A DNA stretch of 64,000 nt from Octopus vulgaris (GCA_951406725.2 OX597817.1:20770001-20834000), one strand, 5' to 3'; numbered from the stretch's first letter, positions 28,073-42,310 are shown. A program made the numbers and translations. The notes: generated by a model not told the origin, from the sequence alone.

Positions 28073-29143
28073 TATATGTATACTTATATATATGCAGATG
28101 TGAACATGCATGGGCAATGCTATCTTCATTAGTCATTCTTTGAGATACTTTGTAATCTTTACTAATTTTTTTTTCATTCTTGTTTTGTTTAGTATCATTC
28201 CAATTTATGTCAAGCTGCTAAAGAAACCTCCATACGAATCTTAATGATGTGAAGTATGTCGCCTTAGGTTTTCTTATAGTTTTCCTAAATTAAAAATATT
28301 ATCTAACAATTTCACTTTTATTACTTGCTTTATCTTTTCTCTTGATTTCGTTAATTTGTTTCGTTATCATTTTGTTCTGTACCATTTTCGTTTCATTGCA
28401 TCGCTGATGAGTCGAAATACGTTTCCCCCGGAGAGTTACCTTATCTCCAACAGTCCTGTATATTTATTTTCTATTCTTATGATGTAAATTACATACAAAT
28501 CCCCTGTGATTTTACAGTTCTATCAGAATTCCTATAGTACGAATTTCTAAGCTCTGAGTCCTACTGACATAATATAGCAAGAACATGTTATGATAAAACA
28601 GACTTTCACATCAGCATGATTTTATTCACAGATAAGAATATTATTACGTACATGATCACGCACGTTTATTACGTACACGATCGCACATGCACACACGTGT
28701 AAATATCAAAATGCATACAGACCAACACACACACACGTGAGTGTGTGTGTGTGTGTGTATGAGTGAGAGAGAGAGGCTGTTTATGGTTATATTTGGATTC
28801 TCTACAAAAGAATAAAGTGGAGATGACACGTTTTTATTTTGTTTGAAAAACAATGAAAGCATTTCCGTATAAGTGGCGACAAATGCAGCACACTTAATCC
28901 TCAATGCTGCTACACTCTATTCATAAACTGACACCACTTTTTAATATATAGATATGCTTACGAAACATCAGTTTTCCAGAAATTGAACTCCCTCACCCTT
29001 TTTCTATCTCTTTTTTTATCCTTTCGTTTTATTGTATACAACTCCAACAAATTAAAACAGTTCACAGAATTAAGTTTACGAGTTGATCATTTGTAACGGC
29101 TGGGTAATATGAGTTCTTATATGACGATGTAGCAGCGAAAAAT

Positions 29144-30830
29144 ATGGCAAGGTTTGTCAAATGTTTAGAAGATATACATGCATACTGTTTCTTTGTGGAT
29201 GACTTGAAATTTTATGCCATGAATGAAACGAAGAAGAGCCTTGACTTAGTTACAACTTTCTCAAAGTATATATGGTTGGAGTTTGGTCAGAAGAAATTTA
29301 GCTATATGGTTGTGAAAAGGATGGAAACTGAAAATCGAACTAGGAACATCTCCTTCAATGACATAACGGTTTCCTCTATATCTGATGAAGAATGCTACAA
29401 GTGTCTATGTTACGATGTCACTTGTAGCAAAACACATGCCACTAAAGTATATTACCGCCGAATAAAGACAATATGGATCTCGGAACTCTTTGCATTCAAT
29501 AAAACTGTGGCCCACAATGTGCTTGCAGTGCCAGTACTCATATCAACATTTGGGCTGCTTGATTGGTGGCTTGATGGGATCCGAGCCGTTCGTGGAAAAG
29601 CCCTGAAAATACTAAAAAGCACACATAATTTCCCCATCAACAGTGATGTATACCATCTCTCCCTGAAACAAAAACAAGGGAGCAAAAGCTTGACATCGAT
29701 CCAGACCGCCTTTGAATGTTGTATCATATCCCTTCCGAAACTTTTTTAACCACCAAGTATCGAAGTGCATCCCTTCACCACGTTTGCATAGATGAAGCTG
29801 ATAGAATCATAAGACTTGGAAAGCAGCTCCTTGATCAGCATTCCTTGCTTGCTAAAGTTAAATACGTTTCCAAAGAACTCGCACTATTTTAAAAAATGCA
29901 ATGTATCATCACATGAATAGATGAGCGTTTAACACCAGAATACCAAGCATGTATATATTAGTAGAAAGCTGAGAGATGATGATAACATTGATCATCAAAG
30001 CAATCCTTCATGGACCAACAAATTGGTAACTAACACATGGAAAGGCATGCGTTTGCAAACCAGGAACAGGAAATAACAACCGAATACTTCACGGATAAAG
30101 AAAAAATATAAAACAGCGACGCGAGAAAATGAGCAAAATGTGGTATCTAATGTAGGCTTTGTGAAGTTAACCACGGATCTACCATCCACATATAAAGCAA
30201 TTGTCCGAAAATGTCATCACGGTATTATCCACCAATGGGACATGATATGACTAAGACACCGTAAAATGAGATCTATCAGAAGGAAAGTTCAGAGGCTAAC
30301 AGAAAAAGAACCCACAGTATGGTAGAAGCCATTGCCACTCATAATAAAAAGAAGCATTGTTGGAATGTCCCAGTGAAACCTCATTAAAATGTAAACATAA
30401 TGTACCTGGCATAGTGATTTGAGATGCAGGAGAGGTAATGTGTACAGCTGTGGAAATCAGCTGGCCGGAGTATGTTAATATAAACCTAACGATCAGTGAC
30501 AAAGAAAATACCCACGCTGAAGTATTGGGAAATCTTTAGCTACTGTATCCAGATTACAAGTTCAGGTCTATACCTGTAATTATTGGGGCACTGGGATATG
30601 TAGTGCAAGACCTAAGTACGAATCTTGAGAAATTAGGATTGTCCAAACCAAAAAAGATAAACTGATTCGAAGACTACAGATCCAAGCCATCACCGGAACT
30701 GTAAAAATTTGTGAAACTTTACAGAAGTTTTTCAATTATGTATGAGCATGTCTAGACATTCAACTATATGCATGAGAAAACATACATACCATAAAACATA
30801 CAAACCTGCCTATATACATACATACACTGT
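29144..30830 (+). mobile_element. R4/Dong-clade LINE 3' half (RT plus REL endonuclease remnant)
   Basis: ORF 29144-29749: FFVDDLKFYA, LEFGQKK, YYRRIKTIWISEL, LAVPVLISTFGLLDW; downstream KHNVPGIV..EISWP..KENTH (PD..(D/E)xK-like region). Confidence 0.85.
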
Positions 30831-30844
30831 AAATAATGATTGAA

Positions 30845-32345
30845 TGACACGGGATTATTACACTAGACTTGGGAAAATATGGCAGTCGGAATTCCCTTTT
30901 TGCAACAATATCCCACAAAGCATTTTGCATTACCGGTGCTGATCCCAACATTTGGGATACTTGATTGGTCTGTAGAGGAAATCCATTCAATAGATATCAA
31001 AACCCGCAAAATGCTGACAACAGCTGGGAACTTCCACAGAAACAGTGATGTTGACAAGCTCTACCTAAGAAGAAATGAAGGTGTTATAGGCCTGAGATCA
31101 GTGCAGACGTCCTTCGAATGTCGCATGGTATCACTCAGGCAGCTCCTGCTAAACAACAGAAGCAAAAACAAATATATTAATGCAGTCTTCAAAAGTGAAG
31201 TGACCAACATTGTACACGTTTGCAGAGAGCTCCTCAAGAACCAATCTTTTCCTAAAGATCTGCTATATAACCCCAAAACAGATGGGCTCTCTTACCTGAG
31301 ACAAAATCAGGCTGGAAAACACACTGCACATAAAAGGCCGTGCATGGATATGTTGCCCGGGATCTTGAAGGAGACAGTAGAATTGACATGAAGCGCAGTC
31401 TCTCTTGGACATAAGACCACCACATCACATCACACTTTGAAGGCTATGCGTTTGCAATCGAGGAACAGGAGATTGCTCGAAAGTAACAGGTGAACAAGAG
31501 AGACAGTGATGCTCTTGTAATCCCAAGGTGCCACCGCATGTATAGGTTATGTCATGTTTCTGTGGAAAACATTACGCAAGTGATTAGCAGCTGTCCTAAA
31601 ATGTCGTCATGGTACTTCTTTCCAATGTGGCACGATGTTGTTGCTAAAACAATTTACAATGCCATCTCCAAAAAAGACGGACCTGAAACAAATTTAGAAA
31701 ATCCTTCTGTTATGGAATATATTCTTAAAACACAACTCAAGGTATACTGGTGGAATATTCCCATCAAAACGTCTGTCAAATGTAAGCATAACATGTCGGA
31801 TATTATTGTTTGGGATAAAAGAAGCAAAGGTATGTACCACCACAGAGGTTAGCTGCCCTGCAAATAAAATTATCTCTTTGAAAATCAAAGAAAAAGAGGA
31901 TATATATGGACAACTGCTTCGAAACACCAGCTTCTATACCCAGACTATAAATTCATATTCACCAAATAATAATTGGAGCACTTTTTTTGTTAGTAAATGG
32001 TTAAAGGAGAATCTGAATAAACTTGGTGTTTTAGAATGAGAAATCGACCGGCTGATTCGTACATCACAAGTCACATATGTCAGTGGAATAGTAAAAATAT
32101 GCAAGAATTTTCTCAAATTGCAAACGTGAACTTGTCTGTGTTAACTAAATCGTTGTAGGAAACCGGCTCACTGGTCTGCGGAAAGAATATAAATAATTAA
32201 AGATAGAAGTGACATACATGCTTACAAAATTACCCTGCTGATGTTGTTTAAATTCCAATGAAGGATCCTTGGATATAAGTTAGAAACAAGCAATTTCTCT
32301 ATTGACAAGAAATCTTGAAATAAAACTAAATAACATGCCTACTAT
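30845..32345 (+). mobile_element. Second R4/Dong-clade LINE 3' half, tandem to the previous one
   Basis: FALPVLIPTFGILDWS..NFHRNSDVDKLYL, RLCHVSVENITQVISSC (CCHC remnant), KHNMSDIIVWD..EVSCP..KEDIY; ends at (TA)n. Confidence 0.85.
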
Positions 32346-32351
32346 AGATTG

Positions 32352-32430
<79 letters not shown>

Positions 32431-32459
32431 GCAAACAGACACACCGATGCATATACATG

Positions 32460-32555
<96 letters not shown>

Positions 32556-33189
32556 ACCCTTCTTCTCGACTCTCTTTGTAACATGTGGTAACCTCCAATC
32601 AATACTGTATTCCGTCATTTAAATTACATTAAACATTTATTTCTGATAATAAGTTTAGAGCTACATGTTTAAATGTTAGTCACCATTTCCGGCATTTGAA
32701 ATGTTTCCGACGAAACTCATCACGCTTAAGTACGAATAGGTTACAGAAATTAGCGGCATTTCCCGATTATTCAGCGTTCTGTTTATTCAACTGCATTAAT
32801 CGTAAATTTTAATTTCAACAACACATATTCAGTTTAACTTTAAGATTATTTTAAACTATAAAAGGTCATTACTTTCGAAAATATTGAATACGTGACACGA
32901 AATTCAAGCAGCATTTACTCAATCGCATATTATGGACATTGGTAATTATTTAATGCCTGAATGGATATGTTCTAGGATCTAATGAAAAAAAAAACTAAAC
33001 TTTTATGTTATGTTCTTCATTCGCAAAAGTGTACGAATTTTTGATGAGTCAAACAGTCGCTACCGAATTATTAATTGCGCTGAGTGCTCCAAAATTACTA
33101 TGAGAACATTTGTTACAACATAGGTGATTTGATATTCATTATATAGCAGGAACGCTATGTTCGATAAGTATATGTATGTCTCTTATTTA

Positions 33190-33484
33190 GGGAGGCGCAA
33201 TGGCCCAGTGGTTAGGGCAGCGGACTCGCGGTCGTAGGATCACGGTTTCGATTCCCAGAACGGGCGTTGTGAGTGTTTATTGAGCGAAAACACCTAAAAC
33301 CTCCACGACGCTCCGGCAGGGGGTGGTGATCCCTGGTGTACTCTTTCACCACTCTTTCTTCTGTTGGCCTGCTCGCTTAGCCAGCGGGGTGGCGTCATTC
33401 AAAGGCTAAAACAATGCGAACGCATTGTGACCAGCGATGTGTAACAACATCTGATGGTCTGGTCGGTCACGTGATCACGTGAAT
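33190..33484 (+). mobile_element. Full-length tRNA-derived SINE (octopus OR-type, short tail) with 11-bp TSD
   Basis: Same ~160-bp head as 4863-5250 but a different tail ending ggtcacgtgatcacgtga; TSD tctcttattta at 33179-33189 and 33485-33495. Confidence 0.9.
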
Positions 33485-34528
33485 TCTCTTATTTAAGTAT
33501 ATTTTCAATAGATATTCTATGAAGGTGTCAATACTCATATGATGTTAACAAAATCTTCTCATAAATGCGTTTTAAATTATATTTAATCTCGTTTCCACTC
33601 AGAGCATGTGTATTGCTGACTGTTGTGCTCTTACACTTTTCACCAAACAAACATACTATAATCAGTACTTATTGAATCTTCGGTAATATCAATTGCATTG
33701 TCCGTCTATAATAAAACAGAAAATACCGAATGTAGGTGAATGACTTCTGTTTTTCACTCGCGCAACAGTCTGTACTTCCTTCTCTTATATATATTTTCGT
33801 AGTTCATCGACCTCACTTTATTTATTTTCTTCTCGTTTTGGTTCACATGACGATCCTCTACGTTATTTAGTGTTCACGTTTGCAATCGATCAATAGATCC
33901 ACAGCGTATGTTTGAAGTGTTTGGACACTACTGACACATTAATATCCTGATAAAATATTTCCTTCTGACACATCTACAGAGAATTAAGGTGCAATGTATT
34001 TTTTGCATATCCCTGTAATTATATTGCAGATTGTATGTACAGCAATGTGCATATTGCTTGACTGTGGTGTTTTCAAATCTGAGAACATTGATTCTGCTGC
34101 TTGATGGAACTGCTTCTGTTGTGTTTCTTTGAAGTGTGTAAAATTTTCTTTCTTTCCTTCATTGATGCATGAGGCCGTTGTAATGATAATTGGTATGCCG
34201 ATTGAGGATTGTGAAAGAATTTACTTATCAGGTTTTTTGTTTATTTTTTTCTATCTAGATGTGTGGGGAGAGGAGGAGGTACGATGAACATAGCTTTCCT
34301 ACTGTTATGGGTTTTTTATTGCTACTGGTCCTCTCAGAAGTCTAGGAGGTACTGAAAACATAAGACTTGATAATTATGATGTGTTTTTTTTCATCCTGAA
34401 AGGGCAGCAACTGTGGTAGATTACATTGCAGGATGGTTTGCGTGACTCCTTTGTTTACACACACACACGAACAAACATACATACACAGATATATACACAC
34501 ATATACATATGCATACAAGATATATATC

Positions 34529-34652
<124 letters not shown>

Positions 34653-34662
34653 GTATATATAT

Positions 34663-34746
<84 letters not shown>

Positions 34747-35200
34747 CTGTGTGTGTGTGTGTGTGTGTTTCTGTGTATGTATATATACACTACAGCAATT
34801 TCTACTTAATTCATAAGACTACTTACTGAAAAAAGGAGCTCTCCTCGTTGATGTCAGTGTATTCCGTAGCAGTTTATTTTCGAGTTATGTTTCCTGAATA
34901 ATTACTGTGCGAATGAAAAATAATGATAAATTATTATATTCCATACATTGCTTACATGCTTTATTGCTCTGTGTAAAGAAATGTTCGTGTTAATGTTTGA
35001 CTTCGTGCAATAATATCGCATTGTCTTGAATTTTTTACTATTTTGCTGATCTTGATGATATTTTCCCTGTAAAATCCCATTTGTTTAATAGCTCTTACAA
35101 TTAATATTTGTTTTTGTAGTAATTGCGAAAATATTTTGGCGTCACAATTCCATTGTAGAATTTCGTTTCATATACAATTATACAATTGCAAGTTTGGAAG

Positions 35201-35735
35201 ATGTTAGCATTGGTTGACATTCGAGATTACGTGATTCCACATCGATGTCATCAATACGGCTTCATTCTTGTAAACGTCTTCTATTCATCAGGTAAGAATT
35301 GATAATTGATTAATTAACTTAACTGGCAACAATTTACATCAGGCACGCTGCGTCCCTACACTTCTGGTAATTATGCTAATTTCTAGCTTCGATTTGTTTA
35401 GATTCGCTACGTGTAAAAGTTACGGGTAGAACAGCTTGCAGGTATGGATAATAAAAGAGCCACTCACACGTGTAAGGTCAGAATCATTGGCGAGGCTTGT
35501 TATGGTCTTTATTGAGTGTCTATCATTATCTTTATATTTATTTTAAAGCTGATTCGTAGATATTTTTCTCCCTTATACGAATATCATTTCATAGGATTTA
35601 ATACGACATTAGACCAAACTTTAAGGAGGAAGCATAGTTATTTCTTTTCCGGAATTCCTGCCGTTACATTATCCTGTGTATTTACCTATTTCGAAGATTG
35701 CAATCTCGTACCTGAGAAAGAAAATACTAATACAG
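35201..35735 (+). pseudogene. Candidate first two exons of the downstream receptor remnant (leader plus MAM-like start)
   Basis: ATG 35201 open to G|gtaaga (35291, phase 1); ag|35595-35735|gtgagt is an open phase 1-1 exon ending GIPAVTLSCVFTYFEDCNL (C-x-F-x4-C, MAM-like). Link to downstream exons is inference. Confidence 0.25.
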
Positions 35736-36309
35736 GTGAGTATATAGAAGTTGTCATTTTATTGCTAAGGAGTAAAGTGTCACTTTCAGTTAGAACCAAC
35801 ACAACTTTCTATTGAAAGAAACTGCTGCATGAGCAGAGAAAAGCAACTGTTGCATATACAGAGATAAATACACTACTAAATGCCATCAATTATGGTTGAA
35901 TATTATCTTTTTGTATATAATCCACTTAACATATATTGAAATGCACGGAAATGTAACATAGCTATATTCTAAAGGAACACACTAGCCATGAAATCGATCT
36001 GAATATTAATATATCATAGATATTTGTATACAAAGAATAGTAATGTATACGAACTCATGAAAATTATTTTATGTCTGCCATACCACGTAGTTCATTACAA
36101 CATAGAATGGTCAAAATAATGGGACATCGTTGAATAATTCTGACATCAAATAAGATAGTTTGCCTGTGATTAGTACCAATCCACAGAAGGGAAATTTTAT
36201 TAAATTAATGGTACACTTAAGATTGATTACGAAAAATACACGTATCCATACAGAGGACAATAATTTTTCCTTTTTTACAACCAGCTTATAGGCATATAGA
36301 TAAGTCGTA

Positions 36310-36713
36310 CTACAACTGGTTGCGTAATAGGAAGTTTGATTCATAACCACATGGTTTCACGTTCAGTTCCACAGCCAGGCACCATTAGAAATATCTTCTA
36401 CTGAAGGCTCGGGCCGCCAAACGCCTGAGTGGATTTGGTAGATGAAAGATGAAAAACGCATGTGGTGTATATATGTGTGTGTGTCTCTGTTAGTAATTAT
36501 GTGTCTTTTTATATCTGTGATTGTCCCAAACACTACCTGGCATCCGGTGTTGGTTTGTTTGTTTCCGTTAAGCTACTAGTTCTGTACAAGAGAACTATGC
36601 AATAAGTACCTGGCTTTAAAAATATTAATGGCGTCGATTTGTTCGGCAAAAAGTTTTCAAAGGCGGTATCCACATAATGGCTTCAGTCTCATGACTGGAG
36701 AAATTAAAAGAAT
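36310..36713 (+). mobile_element. Old diverged copy of the abundant octopus SINE
   Basis: aaccacatggtttcacgttcagttcc...gagtggatttggtaga...aataagtacc...atggcttcagtc. Confidence 0.7.
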
Positions 36714-36947
36714 GATAGTCGGTTATAACGATCAACCTATGAATTGACTGCTTTCGTTCTTTCCCTTCACCCTTCTGTCCTCTGTCATTCTCCCTCTCAC
36801 TGTCGGTAAAGTTCTAACCACAAATTCTTCAATGGTGGTGCAACGGCATGGCCATAACACTAAGTCTGACATGTATAAGAGAATAAAAGGATAAAAGGAA
36901 ACATACTATTACTATTACTGCTGCTGCTTCTACTACTACTACTACTT

Positions 36948-37019
<72 letters not shown>

Positions 37020-37026
37020 ATATTAA

Positions 37027-37580
37027 ATGCCCTGATGCAGTACCAGGCAGTGGCTCTCATGGCTTCTCATCTTAACTGATTGAAAGTATTATCATGTGCA
37101 ATTATTTTGTCTTGGTATAAAAGATGGGCTACAGCACATATTCTGCTCAATACCACAGATATGCTTGTCAGTTGTTTGACTTTAACCAGTTGAGAATGTC
37201 CCTTAGTGACTGACGATATGTGCATCTCTGACCACGAGCAGAAGTAGTGGGGTAGCATCATAGCCTTGTGTTGAAAGCAATTCTTTGAGGTTTGGATAAT
37301 TCACATTTGGAAATAATGGGTGATTGATTCAATATCCTTAAACAACCCTTATTCAGGGACCTTTTGAGTGGGATGGGCTACTCAACAAGGAAAAACGTCT
37401 AACTGGGCCCCACCTGCAAGGTCATGCGCTGTTTATCTTAATATGAGATTACCATGTTGCACACATATTGTTGTGATGCATGTGCCTGGTGTACCCTTAT
37501 CAGACGGTAGTTATGATGGGTATACTGGGCTTCGTATATTTTACCCCAGTGTCATTTTGATTGCATGCAATGTTCTCTCA

Positions 37581-37582
<2 letters not shown>
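37027..37582. repeat. Unclassified ~550-bp interspersed repeat flanked by (TAC)n/(AAT)n
   Basis: tgccctgatgcagtaccaggcagtggc...; further copies at ~38170-38302 and 41881-42312, always next to (AAT)n. Confidence 0.8.
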
Positions 37583-37655
<73 letters not shown>

Positions 37656-37663
37656 GTAATAGT

Positions 37664-37694
<31 letters not shown>

Positions 37695-38358
37695 TAATAA
37701 TAATAATAATAATAATTAATAATAATAATAATTAATAATAATAATAATTAATAATAATGATGATATTTAAAAATAATAATAATAATAATAATAATAATAA
37801 TTAATAATAATTATAATAATGATAATAATAAGGAATAATAATAATTAATTGATGCTAATGAATAATCGATAATAATAATAATAAGAATGATAATAAGCAA
37901 GAACAATAATAATAATAATAATAATAATAATAATCTTAGCCTGGAAGAAGAAGAAGAAGAAGAATCCCCAGCAAGAGGTTAATAAAAATAATAGAGAACT
38001 AATAATAATCAATAATACTAATAATAATAAGCAACAAGACCTGATGCAGTACAGGGATTTTGGATTGCCGAAAATGGCTTAAGCAGTTGCATAAACTGAT
38101 CTGAGAGTAGTTATCATATGCATTGATCTGTCTTTGATTGAAAGGAAGGATGTCCTAAGGAATTCTGCATCAAACCACAGATTTGCTTGTCAGTTGTTTG
38201 ACCTTAACCAGTTGAGCATTTCACTTAGTGGCTGACAATATGTGCATCTCTGATAACGAGCATCATAGCTATGTGTTGAGAGGGATTCTTTGGGGTTTGA
38301 AAAAAATGTTTATATTTAAAGAAACATATTATACTAGCTAAAATGATGAATCTGATAC

Positions 38359-38410
<52 letters not shown>

Positions 38411-38456
38411 GTATTAGTAATAATAATAATGACAATAATAACAACAGTAATAATAA

Positions 38457-38985
38457 TGGAAAAAAACAGTTGTTTAGAATCGAGCAAAATATAATTTATC
38501 CAGAAACTGATGATGATATAGAGGAGGAAAGATTACTTCTTGATGCTAATGAAAATCGACAGTTTTGGGTTAAGACTGAGAGTAAGCAAGAACAACATAA
38601 TATTGCAGCTGAATGGCTTCTTAGCCTGGAGCAAACAGCTTTTTATCCCCAGCAAGAGGTTATTTACTTCACAGAGAACTGTACGAGTCAAAAGATAAGC
38701 AACTGGAAAGCAACAAGACCTGATGCCGTACAGGGATTTTGGATTAGAAAATGTTAAGCAGTTGCATAAACTGATCTGAGAGTAGTTTAATGCATTGATC
38801 GGAGAAGAAATCCCACTTTGATTGACAAAAGGAAGGATGTCCTAAGGAAGCATCAAAAGGAAATGCTGCCCAAATATATGGCACACTAGGCATAACAACA
38901 ACGTGAACTTCCAACCTGTTGTCTCTTGGGGTCTCTGGGTGAGACTTGGAGCCAACTTGTACAGACATAAAGCAAAAGTCAAACA
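38457..38985 (+). mobile_element. R4/Dong-clade LINE RT N-terminal fragment
   Basis: HNIAAEWL, KISNWKATRPDAVQGFWIRK (NWKAPGPD.VQGFW-like), LTKGR; between (AAT)n arrays. Confidence 0.75.
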
Positions 38986-38987
38986 TA

Positions 38988-39053
<66 letters not shown>

Positions 39054-39155
39054 CAACAAAAACAATGATAATAGGAGCAGAAGTGGCTGGGCATAGGCGC
39101 AGGAGTGACGGTGAATAGGCGCAGGAGTGGCTCTGTGGTAAGTAGCTTGCTTAAC

Positions 39156-41350
39156 TCATTGCGCATGAGCGAGCCAGAGTTGTGATTGACACTGAAGCTG
39201 TAAGACGTGCTTTTGAAGCCGTCTTAAATTGAAGATTTTTGAAACTCAGCTGTAAGGTAAGATTTTTTAGGGTCTAGTGGGAACCTGTTGTCTACCGCAA
39301 TTATTTTTTACAAACAAGAAGTCCTCACTGGATTCTAGTCTGCCTGAGGCTGAAGGAAATTTGTTTTCACTTAATTATTGGTTTGGAGGGCGTATCCCGC
39401 CGCAAAACTTTTGTTTGAAAATAGTGTTTGTCCAGGAATAGCTCCGTGGGAATTTTTAGAAAAAATTCAACAATATTGTTCCTGTCAAGGAGTGAGTAGA
39501 AAATGGGAATTATTTTTTAAGTGTTTAATAATTGCGTTAAAGTTTTGGCCTGTAGTACCGAGTGGTCTTTGCTGTGTTTGAACTGTTGCTCTCTCTTCAT
39601 CTATCTTTTATGTGAAAAAAAGCTCTTAATTGAACTGTTAATTTTTTTCCTTCCTTTTTGTTTGGACTTTTTTCTCTTCCTTCTTTTTCCTAAATTATTT
39701 TGCATTTCAAAAACTGTATTTTTGGATTTTTAAAAAAAGAACACATCGCAAATAACAATGGAAAGTTGGTGGAGTGGGAAATTACACCACCCCAAAAATG
39801 GTTAAAAGAACTTGGAAGTAAAACGGTGGTTTGAGGACCTACTCTAAGACCCTCAACGCCATTGCCGTTTTCAGAAAGGATATAATCGAAGGAAATCTGG
39901 CAGAATGTAAGCCAGAGGTTAGGTTTATCAATTGGGGTGTCAAATACGCAATCTTGTGGTTGCTGTTTGACTCCCCTGAAGTGGCTCGGGAATTTGCGTG
40001 CCAGCTCCTGGAGGGTAATGACATTTTGTTTCTTCCCACTTATTGTGGGAAGAGCTCACGAGTGGTTGGGTCTTCGGCCTGCCACCTGGAGTTGAGCCCG
40101 AGTGCATAGGAGATGCTATCCGCCGGGGTCTGAGTTGCAGTGGCACAAAAGCTCCTCAGCGTAAATATTCTGCCTGCGGCTGACTGGGAGGGATCAAATG
40201 TTGTTTTGACCCTATGGACCCAGTAAGCCGAAAGTCTGGTATTTCCAGACTTTTTGAGAATGGCCAGGTCTAGGTATCCGGTGATACTTGAGGGATGACC
40301 GCCCCAAGTGTCATCGATAATTGGAGCCTGGCCATATAAAAAAAGAACTGTCCTCAAGGGCAAAGCAAAGTCCTGGAGCGGTTGACGGAGAGATCTTTAG
40401 ACAAGAGAATGTAGGCAGCCGAGGAGACGGAGGACTCCTCAAAGAAAAGCCGCAAAAGAAAAAAGGTGAGCAATAATGGGTGCTCACCGAGGATGCTGGG
40501 GATGAGGGAGGGGAGGCGAATTTCCCGGTCACGATGGAGACGCACCCACCAACAGTCGAAAAGAAAAAAAGAGGAAGAGGAGAAGAAACACGACATTGCC
40601 GGCAGTCGGAGACATGGCGCCGGAGAGTCTCGGAGCCTCGTTGGTTGTGCCACCGGTGGGTGGGGGGAGACACCATTGGCGGGAATCATGCTGCCAACGG
40701 TAGAATTGACCCCATCGGACCAGGAGAACGAAGAACTGTTGGTCTTCTTTTATAGAGGCGGTGAGGTGGAAAAGTTGGTTGAAGAACACTACGAGGGAGT
40801 ACCTTTGGCCATCACACGGGATGCCGAATGGCCTCTGCAGATAGCTGTGGAGGTCATAACGTTGCGCGTATTAAAAAAGCTGGAGGGATAAGAGAGGAAT
40901 ATTGCTCGTGGGCGGGTGACGACAACTCTGAGTTCGCCTTGATTTTAAAGCAAGCATGGGCGATGGTGGAGTACTCGGACACCAGCGATGATGAGGTGGA
41001 AAATTGACAAAAGGTTGAAAAGCCTCAGTGTTATAATGTGTAAGAGGCTCGGCACCTCATTTTTAAATGGACTAGTGTCGATTGTATATTGAAAATTTTA
41101 TTGTATGTTATTGCATGTTTCTATTTGTAATGGACTATTAAGCCCAATAATTGCAAAGACTGTGGTGAGAGGTTCAATACCTCGTTTTATGAAGAATAAT
41201 GAATTAGTGATGCAAAAAAATAAAATCGGTGTACGTTCTTTGTAATCTCCCATGAATATCATCCTACTTTCATCATTCACCTCATTAATGTATGTGTCCA
41301 GCCAGCGAGCTACTCTTTGTAATGCCTTTATGGCAAATCTTAATGAAATA
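39156..41350 (+). mobile_element. 2.2-kb ORF1-only L1/Tx1-type element inserted into a SINE head
   Basis: 16-bp TSD aagtagcttgcttaac (39140-39155) / aagtagtttgcttagc (41351-41366); decayed ORF1 with FLPTYCGK and YPVILEG*PP followed by a frameshifted CCHC knuckle; no RT motifs seen; A-rich 3' end. Confidence 0.75.
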
Positions 41351-41490
41351 AAGTAGTTTGCTTAGCAACGACATGGTTCCCGGATTCAGTCCCACTGCGT
41401 GGCATTTTGGGCACATGTCTTCTACTATAGCCTCCAAAGTCTTGTGAGTAGATTTGGCAGACAGAAACAGAAAGAAGCCCGTCGTATATA

Positions 41491-41555
<65 letters not shown>

Positions 41556-41558
41556 GTA

Positions 41559-41591
<33 letters not shown>

Positions 41592-41832
41592 CTGTGTTTG
41601 TGTTTGTGTTTGCGTGTCTGTGTTTGTCCCCTCCAACACCGCTTGACAGCCGATGCTCGTGTGTTTACGTCTCCGTAACCCTAGCGGTTCGGCATAAGAT
41701 ACCGATAGAATAAGTACTAGGCTTACAAAGAATAAGTCTGGGGGGGGGGGTCTATTCGCCCAACTTAAAAAGGCGAAGGCGGTGCTCCAGCATAGCCGCT
41801 GTCAAATGACTGAAGCAAGTAAAAGCGTAAAA
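41351..41832 (+). mobile_element. Remainder of the abundant octopus SINE whose 5' end is at 39115-39155
   Basis: Resumes exactly where the head at 39155 stops, runs through the (TA)/(TG) tract to tcaaatgactgaagcaagtaaaag. Confidence 0.88.
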
Positions 41833-41880
41833 TACTACTACTACTACTACTACTAATAATAATAATAATAATAATAATAA

Positions 41881-42310
41881 TTGCCCTGATGTACTACCAG
41901 GCAGTGGCTGTCACGGCTTCTGATCTTGACTGATTGGCAGTATTATCATGTACATTGATATCATTTTGTATAAATAATGGGCTATAACAACTATTCTGCT
42001 CAATAACACAGATGTGCTTCTCTGTTGCTTGATCTTAACTAGTTGTGCATGTCTCTCTGTGGGTGACGATATGTGCGTCTTTGATCATGAGCAGAAGTAG
42101 TGGGGGAGCATCATAGCCATGTGTTGAGAGGAAATATTTGGGGTTTGGAAAATTAACCTGTGGAAACATGTGTCTTTCCTCCAACACATTTAAACAACCC
42201 TTACTCAGAGACCTTTTGAGCGGGATGGCTACTTGACCTGAAGAAAATTCTAACTGGACCCCACCTGGAAAGTCATGCACTGTTTATCTTGATATGTGAT
42301 CAATATGCCG

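Noticed and set aside
28405-28430. ctgatgagtcgaaa hammerhead-like string
   Set aside because: No stem II between core and GAAA and no stem I partner.
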